In this document: positions 1 to 11,600 of the stretch, piece by piece | Position numbering within the stretch: position 1 is the stretch's first letter | Layout: every line of letters starts with the position of its first letter | Assembly: GCF_009914755.1 (NCBI RefSeq) | Contig: NC_060934.1 | Source of the DNA: the human T2T-CHM13v2.0 reference genome, Homo sapiens | Strand: one strand, 5' to 3' | DNA: 64,000 bases | Made by a program: the position numbers and the translations under genes | The notes under the pieces: model-generated | Told to the model about the DNA's origin: nothing | What the model saw: only the letters and a program-made list of their open reading frames with translations | Database searches by the model: none

Positions 1-502
1 GTATACACCCAAAGGACTATAAATCATGCTACTATAAAGACACATGCACACGTGTATTTATTACGGCGCTATTTGCAATAGCAAAGACTTGGAACCAACC
101 CAAATGTCCATCAATGAGAGACTGGATTAAGAAAATGTGGCACATATACACCATAGAATACTATGCAGCCATAAAAAAGGATGAGTTCATGTCCTTTGCA
201 GGGACATGGATGAAGCTGGAAACCATCATTTTCAGCAAACAATCACAAGGACAGAAAAACAAATGCTGCATGTTCTCACTCATAGGTGGGAATTGAACAA
301 TATCACTTGGACACAGGGCGGGGAACATCACACACCCGTCAGGGGATGGGGGCTGGGAGAAGGATAGCATTAGGAGAAATACCTAATGTAAATGATGAGT
401 TGATGGGTGCGGCAAACCAACATGGCACATGTATACCTACGTATCAAAACAGCACGTTGTGCACATATACCCTAGAACTTAAAGTATAATAATAAAAAAA
501 AA
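1..502 (+). mobile_element. L1PA (primate LINE-1) 3' end: ORF2 C-terminus, 3' UTR and short poly(A); runs off the window start
   Basis: Peptide WIKKMWHIYTIEYYAAIKKDEFMSFAGTWMKLETII matches the ORF2p C-terminus; typical 3' UTR ending cctagaacttaaagtataataataaaaaaaaa. Confidence 0.95.
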
Positions 503-549
503 GTCCCCACACCAACTCCCTAAGCTTATACCACTGAGGAAGCTGAGGA

Positions 550-726
550 CTCTTTATTAGTGTCTTATAGGCACTGCTAAAATAATATATCATAAATAGG
601 TTTAACAGTAGTCTAGTCTATTACCCTGCTGGTGTTTGCCAAAAATAAAGGAAAGTAAACAAATGAAATAAAAACAAAATGAGCAAGTGAAGAAAAAAAT
701 CTATTTCATGCAGGTTATAACAAGAT
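550..726 (+). repeat. Dispersed direct duplication A, copy 1 (pairs with 2210-2384)
   Basis: Manual alignment: 7 substitutions plus a 4-bp and a 2-bp indel over about 175 bp; not a repeat family I recognise. Confidence 0.95.
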
Positions 727-837
727 GTAATATATGTTTTCTCTTTACGAGAGTATTTGATGCTCTTTATATTAAAGATTACAACAATATGTTATGTGAA
801 TACGTAATAATGTAGCTATATTTCCAGTAATATAGAA

Positions 838-1045
838 TAATTTTAGCACTTGTCTGTGCCAGGCATTTTCCTAAGCATTCATATAAATTACTTCATCTAA
901 TTTCACCATTCAATGAAATAGATATTCTCATCATCCCTATGTTTCAGATAAAGAATCTAAGGCTCAGAGAGATTAGGTTAATAACAAAAAGTCATCAAAC
1001 TAAAATGTGCACAACTGAGATTTAAAAACGTAGATCTGAATGAAT
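838..1045 (-). mobile_element. MIR SINE
   Basis: tgtgccaggcattttcctaagc...tttcagataaagaatctaaggctcagagagattagg matches the reverse-strand MIR core. Confidence 0.8.
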
Positions 1046-2209
1046 ATGGAGTCTACTTTTAACATTCCTAAAATTCAGTTTGCATAAAAAATTCATGAAG
1101 ACAGCTATTGCATAAACATGGCCCAGTGAATTAGTAAATGGGGCTAATATATGGATTATAGGGTCAAACAAAGCTAGGGAGTATGTTTCCAGGTAGCACA
1201 TCAATTTCTGTAAATCCTTGAGAACATTGGGTACTCATAGACAGGATGAGTTCTTAATCTAAAATGAAGAAATAACGGGTGATCAATACTTATATACTTC
1301 TTGATTAGACCTAATCTTCAGCAATATCCTACCCCGAATTTCACCTCCAACAACACTACTTTTGTGGGGAAGCTGTTAATATATAAAAGTCCATCTGTTC
1401 ACTTGAGAATAAAGGACCACTCTGCTCCTAATCCAATGTCTGTTGCTTTTACAACTTTGAATACAACATCAGAGGTTAGCTTTGATATTTCCTCAAGTCT
1501 TTCTGGCATTTCTAGTGAAAGAGAGAACCTAAAACGGAGTGTAATAAACTTTATTACCCATCTGCATCTCAAATGCAATATACATTAACTAGGATGCACA
1601 TGGATTTCCAAGTGTGATTGTATTTTCTAGTGTGCCTCTCTGGGAGGGAAACTATCTCAATCACCAATAGACCATATCTAAAAACTAACAGGTTACTTTG
1701 TTGTGACCAACTCTCATTTCCCAAAGTCTCCACCCAACATGGACCCTATTCTGTTGCATCAGTTGGGTGAACATTCTCCCGTTTTTGTATTTTCTTTGCA
1801 GCATGGACATTGGGTGTGAGCGCGTTTTTTGGAAAAAAAAAATTCAGTGTTCCATTAATGAGATAATGTATTTATTTATTATGACAATAAACACAGCTGC
1901 AAAATGGACCATAAAGAAATAGACGACTTGCAGATTTCTGTGCCCAACCTGTCAACTGTAATTGAGAAATAAATTAAATGATCCATCTGCTTTGCATCAT
2001 CTACTCCTTTATTTTTGTCAGTATCCATGGTTTTAAAAACTAATTACTCACTAAAAAAATCCATATAGAATTTGAATGACTTTGTAACGCAATTTTGCCA
2101 TCCCCCAACATACTGTGCTTCTTTCTAATACATTCAAATCCAATAACTATGATGAACTCTTTCTTTTATTAATAGTTTTCACTTAATCATGCCAATACTA
2201 TTGCATTTT

Positions 2210-2384
2210 CTCTTTATTAGTGTCTTATAGGCACTGCTAAAATAATATATAATAGGTTTAACAGTAATCTAATCTATTACCTTGGTGGTGTTTGCCAAAA
2301 ATAAAGGAAAGTAAACCAATGAAATAAAAACAAAATGAGCAAGTGAACAAAAAAACCTATTTCATGCAGGTTATAACACAAGAT
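2210..2384 (+). repeat. Dispersed direct duplication A, copy 2
   Basis: ctctttattagtgtcttataggcactgctaaaataatatat...ttcatgcaggttataac is repeated from 550-726. Confidence 0.95.
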
Positions 2385-4229
2385 TCAATCTGCTTTCTAA
2401 TAGTATTCAGAGGTGAGGGTTAAAATAGCCAACTGCAACTGGAACTAATTAAATATGATTGTACCATTTTTTAAAAACTTCATTGTTATAATTATCTCAC
2501 TGAGAAACCACACATCAGAGCTGGGAAAGCAGCAATAACTTCTGCTTCTCACATGCTTTCATGTTCATGCTTCTCTGCTCCAGAACTTTCGTTTGTTTTC
2601 TTAAACCCCCAGGGACATCCCTGTGACAGCCCTATTAAAATATTTGCAGCATTTGCTGTGAGGTCTGGTGAGAAGACAGAAATATAAAGTGCTCTTTCAA
2701 AATGTATTTATTGATATCTTTTTTTTTATGACAAATGAATTCCTTGTTAACCGTTAAAGAAAAAGAAATGGAAAATATAGAAAATCAAAAAGAAAAAAGT
2801 AGAAATCATATATACACTATCCCAGCAAATATAACCACTGCTCACATTTTGTTGCCTATTCTAACAGCATTTATCTATTTATTTGTACAGAAATTTTAAA
2901 AACAAAGTTGAGATACTATGAGGCTGTTTTCTAACTTATTTTTCTCAATTAATAAGATAGTTTTCATGTCTATATTGATTCACAACATCATGTTAATGGT
3001 CACGTAGATACGAATTATGTTGTCAGCTTTCTATTGCTGTATACTTTGGCTATGTGAGCATTGCCAGTATTTGGTTCTGTTTCTTTCTGATTACTCTCCT
3101 AAAGTTTAGTAAAAGGATTGCTATTATACTTCCCTGTAAAATGAAGATGCTTTAACCCATTTGTTAGAGATTCAGTGGCTTAGTAACATGAATTATTCTA
3201 CCCACTCTTAGAAGTTACTTTGTTAAAATAATGGGAAAGATGAAAAGCAGATATTGTTAAGAGTTTGGGGTCAAATGCTTTATTCATGTTTTCTGCCTCT
3301 TCATTTCCTATTGTCATACAAGCCAACCTCCCTGCCAGGACAGGGTCTTGAGACTTCTATGATGGTGCTCACTGTGGGGCATATAAGGGTTCAGGAAGTA
3401 AAGCCCCTTTCTATATACCATATACCACTGTGCATCTTCCTCTCTGTAGCTGTCTCTTCACACAGTGTGAAGTTCAACCACAAGCGTTTTTATATTGCCT
3501 ATAATTAGATGGCTTGGGAGAAAAAAAAAAGCCTTATAACATAGAGTTTAGTTTCATTTCTGAGGATAACAGTAGAGAGGTTATATTTTTGAGACATCTT
3601 TTTTCTAATTTCTTTCTCTTTCTTCCCTCTCTCTCTCCTCCCAACCCCCTCTGTGTGTCTTTTTATATCTCAGCATAGTGCTTGCCAAGATACAAATGCT
3701 AGACAAGACAGTAGATTTGATTATTTCCCACAGTGGTTAATAACCTTCTGTGCAGAGGGTCAAGAAGGCACATGCACTCTTCGCTTGCCAAATAAGCCTG
3801 ATCAATAATATCCATTTTTTTTGCTAGTTAATATGTTTCTTCTTTTTTTAAAAAAAATTCCTCCTTTTCCCTGTCTTACTTTCTCATTTTTCTGGTTTAT
3901 TTATTTCCAAAGAGACTAATTGCATTCAGGTCCTTGTCTTTGGACCTGTTTCTTGGGAACCCAATCTAAGAGGACTCCTTGAGTCAAACTCTGCTCATTA
4001 CTCTCCACTGCTGCAGAGTGAAACCCATGCTTCTTAGCTCTTATAGCTAAGATCTGTGATCTGCACCATTTCTCATGTCTGTGCCCAGCCCACCCTACAG
4101 TGCACCCATTTCTTTAAAAGTCAGATTGAGCCCCTGTTGTTCCCATGGCCTCCCTATATAACCAACCCTGCTCTTAGAGTTCTTCTATTACTTCAGCTTG
4201 GTAGGTCCTGTAACAGAGCTTTCCTCTCA

Positions 4230-4413
4230 TAAGTTATGTGATTTGGGGCAAGTAACTTAACTTCATTTTGGTCTCCTTTTAGCCATTTGTTGTAATAGGA
4301 AAATAGTAGTCCCTACCTTATGACACATTTGTGACAATTAAAAGAATTCATAAAGCACTTATCAAAAGTGTCCTTCCTCTTAGGAAGTACTCAGAACATG
4401 TCAGCTTTTGTTA
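4230..4413 (+). mobile_element. MIR SINE
   Basis: tgtgatttggggcaagtaacttaac...ccctaccttatg...taaagcactta matches MIR. Confidence 0.75.
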
Positions 4414-4637
4414 CACCAGCCCCCAACCATCCAATCCTTTAAATTCAACTTCAACTTCAACCATCTCCTTCAGGAAACCTTCCTTGTGCCCTCAGCTGGA
4501 TTTGAACATTCTCTCTCCTGACTTCACATTTTCTTGATATTTCTCCATTGGCATTCATTTTTACAAAGCATTTTAATTAAACATATTACTTTTCCTAACT
4601 AGACTATATAAGGCTAAAGAAGCTATCTCTTTCTTTC

Positions 4638-6313
4638 TGTTAGGGTTGGTTGAATAACACCCCTCTCCATAAAAATAGATGTCTACTTTCTTTCTTTCTT
4701 TCTTTTTTTTTTTTTTTTTTTTACTTTAAGTTCCAGGATGCATGTGCAGAACGTGCAGGTTTGTTACATAGGTATATGTGTGCCATGGTGATTTGCTATG
4801 CCTATCAACTGGTCACCTAGGTTCTAAGCTCCACATGCATTAGCTATTTGTCCTGATGCTCTCCCTCCCCTCGCCATCCCCATCCCCGCCGGTAGGCCGT
4901 GATGTGTGTTGTTCTCCTCCCTGTGTTCATGTATTTGGAATGTTCAACTCTCACTTATAAGTGAGAACATGCGGTGTTTGGTTTTCTGTTCCTGTGTTAG
5001 TTCACTGAAGATAATGGCTTCCAGCTTCATCCATGTCCCTGCAAAGGACATGATCTCATATCTTGTTGTGGCTGCATAGTATTCTGTGATGTATATTACA
5101 GGACACATATCCAGTCTGTCATAGATGGATATTTGGATTGGTTCCACATCTTTGCTATTGTGTGAATAGTGCTGTAATAAACATAAGTGTGAATGTATCT
5201 TTATTATAGAATTATTTATATTCCTTTGGGTATATACCCAGTAATGGGGTTGCTGGGTCAAATGGTATTTCTGGTTCTAGATCCTTGAGGAATCGCCACA
5301 CTGTCTTCCACAATGATTGAACTAATTTACATTTCCACCGACAATGTAAAATTGTTCTTATTTCTCCACAGCCTCACCAGCATCTGCTGTTTCTTGACTT
5401 TTTAATAATTGCCATTCAGACTGGCATGAGATGGTATCGCATTATGGTTTTGATTTGCATTTCTCTAATGATTAGTGATGTTGAGCTTTTTAGAATATGT
5501 TTGTTGAATGCATAAATATCTTCTTTTGAGAAAGTGTCTGTTCATATCCTTTGCCCGCTTTTTGATGGGGTTGTTTGTTTTATTCTTGTAAATTTGTTTA
5601 AGTTCCTTATAAATTCTGGAAATTAGACCTTTGTCAGATGGGTAGATTGCAAAAATTTTCTCCCATTCTGTAGGTTGCCTGTTCACTCTGATGATAATTT
5701 CTTTTGCTGTGCAGAAGCTCTTTAGCTTAGTTATATTTCATTTGTCAATTTTGGCTTTTGTTGCAATTGCTTTTGGTGTCTTTGTCATGAAGTCGTTGTC
5801 CATGTCTATGTCCTGAATGGTACTGCCTAGGTTTTCTTCTAAGGTTTATATGGCTTGGGGTTTTATATTTAGGTAAAAGATGTCTACTTTCTAATTCTCA
5901 GAAACTATGCTAGTTACCTTATATGAAAAAAATTGATTTTGCAGATACTATTAAAGATCTTGACATGGGAAGACCATTCTGGATTATCCAGTTTGATCTG
6001 GCATAATTATAAGCAACTTTATAAACAGGTGTCAGGAGATCAGAGTAAGTAGTAGGAGACTAATGACAAAAGCAAGAGTTTGGAGAAATGCAGCCATAAA
6101 CCAAGAAATGACAACAGCCTCTTGAAGTAAAAAGGCAAGAAATACTTTCTCCCCAAAGCCCCCAAAATGAACGGAACTTGCTGAAACCTTGACTTTATAC
6201 GAGTAAAACTCATGTCAGACTTCTAGCCTGGAAGTATAAGAAAATTAATTTGTCTTATTTTAAGCCATTAAGTTTATGGTAATTTGTTATAGCAATGGCA
6301 AGAAACTAATACA
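4638..6313 (+). mobile_element. MLT1C/D-type MaLR solo LTR, interrupted by an L1PA at 4692-5877
   Basis: agatgtctactttctaattctcagaaac...ttttaagccattaagtttatggtaatttgttatagcaatggcaagaaactaataca; sequence is continuous across the L1 TSD. Confidence 0.8.
4692..5877 (-). mobile_element. 5'-truncated L1PA (L1PA8-10-like), about 1.19 kb
   Basis: Poly(T) at left; ORF2p remnants ([31 protein letters not shown]); perfect 15-bp TSD agatgtctactttct at 4677-4691 and 5878-5892. Confidence 0.95.
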
Positions 6314-6317
6314 CCAC

Positions 6318-6678
6318 TGATATGGTCTGGCTCTGTGTCCCCACTCAAATCTCATCTTGAGTTATAATCCCCATATGTTGTGGAGGGACCTCACGGGAGG
6401 TGATTGGATCACGGAGGTGGTTCCCCTATGCTGTTCTCATGATAGTGAGTGAGTTCTGAGGAGATCTGATAGTTTTATAAGGGGTTCCTCCCACTTTGCT
6501 CTGCACTTCTCTCTCCTGCCACCTTGTCAAGAAGGGTATATTTGCTTCCCCTTCCACCACGATTGTAAGTTTCCTCAGGCCTCCCCAGCCATGCAGAACT
6601 GTGAGTCAATTAAACCTCTTTCCTTTATAAATTAGTCTCAGGTATTTCTTTATAGCAGTGTGAAAACTGACTAATACA
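6318..6678 (+). mobile_element. THE1D/MST-type MaLR solo LTR
   Basis: tgatatggtctggctctgtgtccccactcaaatctcatcttg...aaaactgactaataca; TSD accac/accaa. Confidence 0.9.
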
Positions 6679-7173
6679 ACCAAGCAATAGGATTTTTTGA
6701 CTACTGTAGTTGTTAAATAAATATTTGATGAGTAAATTAATTGCAAACATATCAAAAGCAGTGAAAAGATAGAGTTCATTAAGTAATCATTTGAAAAGAT
6801 CTTAATCAACTCTCAAGAAAAAAAAGAAACTACTAATTTCATAGCTATGTTATTCTCCCAGGAAATAAAACACTGAGTCTCATCTACCCATCTCTATCAG
6901 AGGTCAGGGTGGATTCTACTGTGGTTTATCATTCTAAAACAGGAAAAAATGAATAATGACAAAAGAGAAGACAGTGATGGGTTTTTTTTGGTTTTGTTTT
7001 AATGGCACCACAAATTCCTAGGCAAATGTGTCAGTTGAATTCTACACTATGTTTATGAAACACAGCTCATCTCCAGGGAGCTAAAATCTGCGCAAGGAAA
7101 TATTGTTGTCACTCGGCCACGTGACTCTTTCAATTACCTTCTCTGCTTCTGGATTTAAAAATCTGTTCATGGT

Positions 7174-7180
7174 ACACACA

Positions 7181-7208
<28 letters not shown>
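7174..7208. repeat. (CA)n microsatellite
   Basis: Visible directly. Confidence 0.95.
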
Positions 7209-7211
<3 letters not shown>

Positions 7212-7872
7212 TCACCATGTTAATATGGTAATTTGGAGAGTTACATGGAAGAGCTTCTGTCTTGTAATTGAAGAGCTGTTCCTCATTCATCTACATGGGA
7301 ACCCAGCACTCTAAGTGCAAGACACTGCCAATTTCTGAGACTAGGCCTACTAGCATTGCAAAGTAAAAATTAGGACAACATTTCCATCAAAGAAATGGAG
7401 TAGACCCATTTTTTTTTGTTTGCTCTTGCATTTCTCCTTCTTCTTCTATGTTTCTTGGGATTTGCTTTCCCTGGAGTCACACAATCAGTCAATCAATTTG
7501 TATATATCAAGTGACTGACTGAATGCCTACTAGCTACCTCTTACCCAGCACTGCTCATATAAGCAGAAAAATCTGCCATGATATGCATTAAGGGCCTGGA
7601 CAGGTCAGTTCTCAAGCTTATGGTAAGAATGAAAATACTTAAGGATGGAAACTATGTCTTGAATGCTGCTCTATTGCTCAAATAATATCTAAAGACTTCA
7701 ACATTTCCTTTCCTAAGCATTAAAGTCCATAAGATGCTGTCCAGATGACCAGGGTTCTCCACTGGTTCAGGCCAAATTCACAAATCGCACTGTTTCAATG
7801 TTTTAGGCAAAGTTCTTCTTTCTCACTAAATGTAAACATCTCTTGGGAAAATCTATGGGCTGAGAGTCCAAA

Positions 7873-8740
7873 AACCCACATTAGAATGGCTATTATCAAA
7901 AAGATAAAAGACAACAAGTGTTGGCAAGGATGTGGAGAAAAGATAACCCTTGCACACTGTTGGTAGGAATGAAAATTAGTACAGCCGTTATGGAAAACAG
8001 GACGGAGGTTTCTCAAAACTAAATATAGAGTTAGAATTATCATATGATCTAGCAATCTCACTTCTGGGTATATATCCAAAAAAATTGAAATCAGTATGTT
8101 GAAGCAATATCTGCACTTCTGTGTTCATTGTAGCATTATTAACAATAGGCAACAAATGGTATAAACTGAAGTGTCTATCAACAGATAAATGGACAAAAAA
8201 ATGCTTATGTACACAATAGAATACCACTTGCCTTTAGAAAGTAGAAAATGTTGTCATTTGCAAGAACATGCATGAACCTGAAGGACATTATTTAAGTGAA
8301 AATAAATCAGGCACACAAAGACAAATATTGCATGATCTCATTTATGTGTAGAACCTAAAAATATAAAAGCAGAGAATAGAATGTTGGTTACTGGAGGCTT
8401 GGGTTTGACAGGAAGTGAGGAGGTGGAACAGGGAATGGAAAAATTTTGACCAAAGAATACAAAGTTTCAGTTAGACAGGAGGAGTAAGTTCTCAAAATCT
8501 ATTGCATAGTATGATGATGATTATTATTAGCCATAGTTAGTAATGTATATTTCAACATTGCTAAAAAGATAGATTCTAAGTATTCTCACTACAAAAAAAT
8601 AGTAAGTATATGAGGAGATGGATATGTTAGCTTGATATAATTTGTGCCACAATGTGTACATGAATGAAAATATTACATTGTACCCTAGAAATACAATTAT
8701 TATTCATCAATTACAAATAAAAGTTTAAATGTAAAAAAAT
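7873..8740 (+). mobile_element. L1MA-type 3' end
   Basis: ORF2 remnant RMAIIKKIKDNKCWQGCGEK; 3' UTR tacaaagtttcagttagacaggagg; A-rich end. Confidence 0.88.
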
Positions 8741-8760
8741 CCACATTTTTAAACTAACTC

Positions 8761-9290
8761 TGTGGTCATTCATAAGGATGCTTTGGGTTAACATTAGAAA
8801 ACCTAATGTCAACTGGCTTAAACAGTGAACACCTTTATCATGTGAAGAGTTTGCCAGTTCAAGGATCATTAAGCAGAAGCTTAGCAGCAGCATCCCAGCA
8901 TGTGCTTCTTCCATCTATGCTTTTTCAGCTTCATAGTGTTTGTCTTGTACATCAAGCTGCCCTCCCTCATGGTCAGAAATTATTTACTACAGTTCCAGTG
9001 TCATACTCATATGACAACATCTCACCAAGGGTGCGTAACTGTCTCTTCTCATGTGTTTCTTTTTAAGAGGAAAGGCATTTTACCAGAGACTCCACCAGAA
9101 GATCTACCCTCACCCTCCTTTGGTCAGTCACATGGGTAGCCTAAAACCAATCACAAGAGGAAAGGAAAAAGAGAAAGAAAAGAAAAAAAATGGCTTAAGT
9201 TAATGTAAGCAATATGTATTCCCTAAGTCATATGTGAATGAGTTAACACCCAAGTCTGGCTTTAGGGTAGGTAAATAACAGTGTTTATTA
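8761..9290 (-). mobile_element. Old MLT1-type (J/K/L) LTR remnant
   Basis: Degenerate gatgctttgggttaac...aaaacctaatgtcaactggcttaaac motif. Confidence 0.45.
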
Positions 9291-9780
9291 CACTACACTT
9301 TGGATTAGTTGTATAAATCTATATAAGGCTCTTAGGTAAATTAAAATATATATATGTATAATGGAAGCGTAATTGCTATCTTTTAATTTTAGTGTCACTG
9401 AGGAAATCTAATTGGCCTGGTGTTTACAATGTATCTGCTAATTGTGAGTCACTGATATAGATCTGCAAAGCCTTCAAAGATGACTGAAACAGTTTCTGCT
9501 ATAGTTTTACATCCTTTTGGACAATCTGAAAGAAATGAAAAAAATAGCTATAAAACAAGCACATTATATAAAGCCACAGAAGAAAGTTAAAGATTTAATT
9601 TGGCCTAAGTTGAGGAAGACATCTAATTTAGGTAAGAGAAGAGTAAAGGAGTCAAGATACGCTTCATAGATGAAGTGGCATTTTAGACAGACCTGGAAGG
9701 TTTGGTCGAATTCAACAGATGAAGAGGATGAGGCCTAGCTCCTCAGAGGGAGGAAGGGCATGAGGGAGATGGACAGTTGT

Positions 9781-10290
9781 TGTAGCTGCCTTTTAGCTTT
9801 GGTCATTTTTTTCTGAGGAAGAATACCCAAATTGTTATCTGTAGAGGCATCTGGCCTACCTTTTCATGCTTTTTCCGTCTAGATGACTTCATACACACCC
9901 TAGCCCCTGGAGTGTGTGTAATCATAGGCACATAATTTAGGCTCATCATTCTATTTTCCTGTCCATAATAGTTGGTTCAGGTCAAATCAGAGCTATCATC
10001 GAGGATCTTTTTTGAATTACTGAGAAAATAGACATCTTTGCCACTGGATTTGAAATGGGGATTATGCAGGCCTAAAGAATCTACAGACATTTTGCCATCA
10101 CATAGATCTGAGACTGAGTCAACAACTAGTTAGAAGGTGGAGATGCTGAGACCTGGCAATATCATATGAGCCCTCAATTTAACCACATGAAGTAAACCAG
10201 CATTAATCTCTTGCATTACTTGGGTCAGTAAATTTGTTCTGCCAGCCAAGATTTTTTCTTGTTTTCTGTAGCTGAAAGTCAGACAATATA
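9781..10290 (+). mobile_element. Old MLT1K/L-type LTR remnant
   Basis: attttgccatcaca...gagacctggcaatatcatatgagccct...ttttctgtagctgaaag. Confidence 0.5.
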
Positions 10291-11039
10291 GAATGACTCA
10301 ATGGCTCCTCTTGTTTAGTTGGGATGACTAAAGAAAGCTTGACTATTTCTGAGAAGTTTAGTATTAACAATCCATAAGAGAGGATAGAAGTTGAAAGAAC
10401 AGGCAGGCCCTACCATTAATAAAAACATAGCTTTTCTTGGATGGGCACCTTCCCTTAGCAGATAATACTTGTGGTCTACTGAGGAAGGTTACTGGAATTT
10501 ATGTATTGGTAGCTGGTACTTTTTGGTAATGCAAGCTGACTGTTGCCAACAGAACTAAGGGCTCTGAATAAAAATCTCCCAGTGAAACACTTTAAAAATA
10601 GGTTTCTTGTGTTAAATAACTTTATGAATCAGTGCAAATGCTAGTCTCCTTCTTGAAGAACCATAATGAGCACACACACTTTAAATATAATGAGAAATCT
10701 TGCTATATACACTTTAATTAACTTAAATAGAACCTGGAAAAGATTAATGCTGGAAGCCTTTTAATAAGGAATATATAATAATATTCTCAGGAATTAGTAC
10801 ACAGGATAAGTTCTTGCAAGATCAAATCTACACCTATTGTACAGAGTAAAGACTCAGATATAAAAACAATGCATCTGTGCTTCGTTGTATGAAATGGTTT
10901 TATTTCAACTGGGGTTGCCACCGGAAAAAAAATAAAACATGCTTTAAGAAAATTTGGGATATTTTTTGGCTCCCTATCCTACTTCCTTAGCTTTCATAGA
11001 AGCAGTGCCTGTTAGAAGGGGACAGGATCTGAGCATCAT

Positions 11040-11600
11040 CTATTTAATGCGAAATGAGAAAACAATACACAAGTAAGGGTCAGTGATTTGTCCAAAGTCC
11101 CCAACTTGAGTCCTTGGCAGAGCCAGAAATAGGAGTCTGACCTCCTGACTCTGGCCAGGGAGAATATCATGTAGCGGTTTGTTGCTAAAAGCCTTGGAAT
11201 TAGGCTGTTCATATTTCAATCCCAAGCTCTGTAATCTTAGATGTGTAATTTATTCTTCATAAGCCTCAGTCAACTCATTTGTAGACTGAGGTTGATAATA
11301 ATTGTACCTTGGTAATAGGGTCATTGTATGAAGTAAATGGCACAATAACATGTGAAAGCACCTTTCCAAATGCCTGTCTTATGCCAGGTACTATCAGGCA
11401 TTTTGCCCAATTACTGCCTTATATCTGGGACTATCCCTAGAAGGGCTCCACATAAGTTTGAATCTCTGATGTTGCTGTCTTGAAATTTTTGATAATTTTG
11501 AACAAAAGATTTTGCATTTAAAATTTTTACCCCTTAAATTATTTATCTGGTCCTGCTAGCCTAATGTTTGTCACATAGTAGGTGTTCCACAAATATTAGC
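11040..11600. mobile_element. MIR cluster: minus MIR about 11040-11160, plus MIR about 11165-11600 split by a MER91-like element
   Basis: MIR core motifs on both strands; tail cacatagtaggtgttccacaaatattagc. Confidence 0.65.
11385..11555 (+). mobile_element. MER91A-like hAT-Tip100 MITE
   Basis: ctgatgttgctgtcttgaaatttttgataattttgaacaa...aaattatttatctggtcctg. Confidence 0.6.

Noticed and set aside
114-296. ORFs resembling L1 ORF2p (also 4944-5261, 5465-5686, 20466-20657, 27907-28143)
   Set aside because: Short, frameshifted remnants of truncated L1 copies, not genes
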